DNA of 64,000 nucleotides, from assembly GCF_964204645.1 (NCBI RefSeq), contig NC_134029.1:23306950-23370949 (forward strand). The letters run 5' to 3'. Position numbers and translations under genes: made by a program. Below are positions 61,399-64,000 of this stretch, piece after piece; positions within the stretch are counted from its first letter, which is position 1, and each line of letters starts with the position of its first letter. The DNA is from Tubulanus polymorphus (taxonomy: Eukaryota > Animalia > Nemertea). The notes beneath the pieces were generated by a model that saw only the letters and a list, made by a program, of their open reading frames with translations, was not told the DNA's origin and ran no database searches.

Positions 61399-63817
61399 TA
61401 CTATATTTAGGTATCGCGATACAGACGTGCAAGTATATAGATGATACTAATGAATAAATCGTTACAACACACATGAATGATGCGTATATAATCGTACATA
61501 TATATGACTGAAATAGACCTAATGAGTTCATAATATATTGAATGAATTATTGTGGTGATACTACTGATAAAACAACTACAGGCTAGACTTTTTGGTACCC
61601 TTACTTCCGAAACTACCCCATCTTCTTGGTAGTTATCACCGCATAAACCACGGGGGTGTTTCCTTCTCGACGTTTTGTCTTAGAGATTTTTTTCCTAACG
61701 GAAATGACTGGATCGGTTATCAGTTTCCTGGGTTTACATGTATAGGTTTCACTTTCGCTTCAAAAGCGAATTTGCAACACGCGGATGAAGTGCAGAAGGT
61801 TCGAATGAGCAGAGATTCACCGAAAATTGTACAACCGTTCTGAAAAGGGAATATTCTGAAATCTTGTAAGGAAAAGGTATCATTAGTAGCTGATTCATGA
61901 CAAAAATGCGTAAAATTCTACAAACTTTATTTTTTTTTATTGTACGCGTTGTTGATTTTCACGTAGTTTTTCAACAATGTGAAAACAAAATATATCACGT
62001 TGCTTTTTACGTCGATTCTACGCGGTGTTATATGGTGGCTGATTCGGGCCATACTAACAAATTTTCTGTTCGGCTAGAGCAGCGATAAAAAAATGTAACA
62101 TTGGCCCGATGTTTGGTTTTCTCGAGCGAGAATTCAAAACATTTTGGTTATCGCGCGAGAAAACAAAAAAACGGGCCAATGTGAACATTTTTTATCGTTG
62201 CTCCAAGCCATACAGAAGTTTTTTTTTAGTATGGCCAGAATCAGCAGCCACCATAGTGCAAGGACACTTCGAGAATGCGTCACGAATTGGCTACAAAAAT
62301 GATGTCGGGTGCGGTGCATGATCAGACATCGACTTATACAAATGTAATTGGAGGTTATCATTTCTATACTTGGATCAGACAAAAACTGTATCTACGTCAT
62401 TTCAACGTTTTTCTTTTGAGACTTGTCGGGTTTGGTTTCTTCGATTTCACTTGATGTTGACTGCTCAGGCAGAAATTGTATCTACTTCGTTGCAACGAGT
62501 TTCATTTGGTCCATCCAGTAAAAGGGAAAAAATGCGAAACGCATCTCGATAAGGAAACAGATAACGAAAAGGTGTAGAATTTTCTTAATTGAAAAATGCA
62601 TTAAAATTCACGGAAAAATAACTGAATAAAGACGATTACAATATGCTCTCATGCCGGGGTTATTTATCAATATAGGGGGTCAAAATTAAGGTAAATCGCT
62701 TAGTTAGGGCAATTAGCCATTATCGTGTGGTCACTGTACACACACAGCCTATAGAAACGAACCGTACTAATCAAGGGTGGCTTTTAAACATCGGGAATAC
62801 AATTAGACTGGCCACATTTCATAGTTGACGAAATGTCATGAAATACGTTGAATAGAGTTTCAATTTCAATTGGAAAAAAATTGAAAAAAGCGTGTTAGGA
62901 CCGTCGTCGAGTTTAGTTTCACAACATACATCGCGATTGACGGGTTTGTAGGATACATTTCTTTTACGAAAACAATTATTTCCACACACAGGAAAGGTTG
63001 CGCATTTTTTGATGTAGTTATTCATTGCTTAATAGTTCCATTCGACGAAACAGGAATGCCAATTAACGAGCAAAGAACACGCGAAATCTGACCTCCAACC
63101 AACACGGAGATATATCGTGATACATGTTTATTTAATTCAAATGTTTTGTGCAGTTCAGAAGAGCACACGCAAGATTTACCAAGTTTTCTTTTCAGTAGAT
63201 TAATTTGTTTATCTTCCGCAGGCTGTCAACGGACAAGGAAACCTGTAATCCAGATATTGTGGTTCATTATTGCGAGGATAAAGATATGGATATGGTTGAA
63301 CAGGAGCCGGGGCGAATCGATCCTAGTCACGGTGCATTCGCGTTCAACAAACTTTTATCACATGACAATGACAGTTCGGGAACATCGAGTTCAGAAGATA
63401 AAGAAATCGACGAATGTGTTAGTCCATTGAGATCGATAAGTCCACCCTCGCCCAAACCTACATTAATGCGTAGACTGTCTGAGAAATTGAATCTCTCAGC
63501 TGCCGGACTCGATCTTGAGAAAATGGATACGGATATTTTGGTGTCCATGTTACGAATGCCCACCATAAAGAACTTCTCAGCTTTAAGACGACAAATAACT
63601 CAAGCTAGTCCGCAATGGATACAGAAATTTTTGAGCTCGGGAGGTTTGGACGTTCTGTTAGATTCGGTAGAGTCTATGGGCAATAAACGGGTTGCTCAGT
63701 TGTTAGATGCGATGGTTTTGCTGGAATGCGTGGCATGTATCCGCGCTTTAGCTAACTCGAAAATAGGACTGGAGTACATCACGCAACAACAAGACAATAC
63801 CAGACGACTTGCTAATG
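60112..63817 (+). CDS. INF2: Inverted formin-2-like protein, 5' part (GBD/FH3-DID). Exons 60112-60143, 61077-61181, 63222-63817; continues beyond the window
   Basis: [75 protein letters not shown] closely parallels the INF2 DID. The two small upstream exons join in phase 2 via GT-AG but are less certain. Confidence 0.85.
61318..61396. repeat. (TA)n microsatellite
   Basis: Pure TA run. Confidence 0.99.
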
Positions 63818-64000
63818 GTAAGTTGTGATCGCAAAAAAGCTAAAATTAAACTAGGAAAAGACACCGGAAGATAAGTATTTTTATTTAAGCGCAAAATTCA
63901 TTGTTATCGTGAATTTTTTTCGATAGTCCGAATTAGACACCGCAACAACCCTCTATAATTTAGGTTTCAGTCAGATAATCATTTCACTTTTTTAAACACA

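Overview
Eukaryotic animal genomic DNA: AT-rich, compact, many 60-100 bp GT-AG introns; probably a marine invertebrate such as a lophotrochozoan (inference). Eight spliced protein-coding genes were reconstructed by hand: basonuclin/disco (+, 5'-truncated), an FAD-dependent sarcosine-oxidase-like gene (-), MRPL2 (-), IQCH (+), PMVK (-), CLPB/SKD3 (+), a Tec/BTK-family kinase (-) and the 5' part of an INF2-like formin (+). Three gene pairs are head-to-head. The most striking structure is a ~9.4 kb TIR-bounded insertion (36334-45708, near-perfect 8-bp TSD) that splits an inferred ~115 bp PMVK-CLPB bidirectional promoter 28 bp upstream of the CLPB ATG. It carries nested DNA transposons, a LINE fragment, a satellite and exon-like cargo. 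Other notable points are a predicted N-myristoylated INF2 N-terminus, a GC-AG intron, CAGG-ended MITEs with 5-bp TSDs, perfect hairpins and several minisatellites. No CRISPR array, tRNA or rRNA was recognised. I found no well-supported new enzymatic system; the best candidates for novelty are regulatory or transposon-related. Exon boundaries were read by eye and may be off by a few bases.
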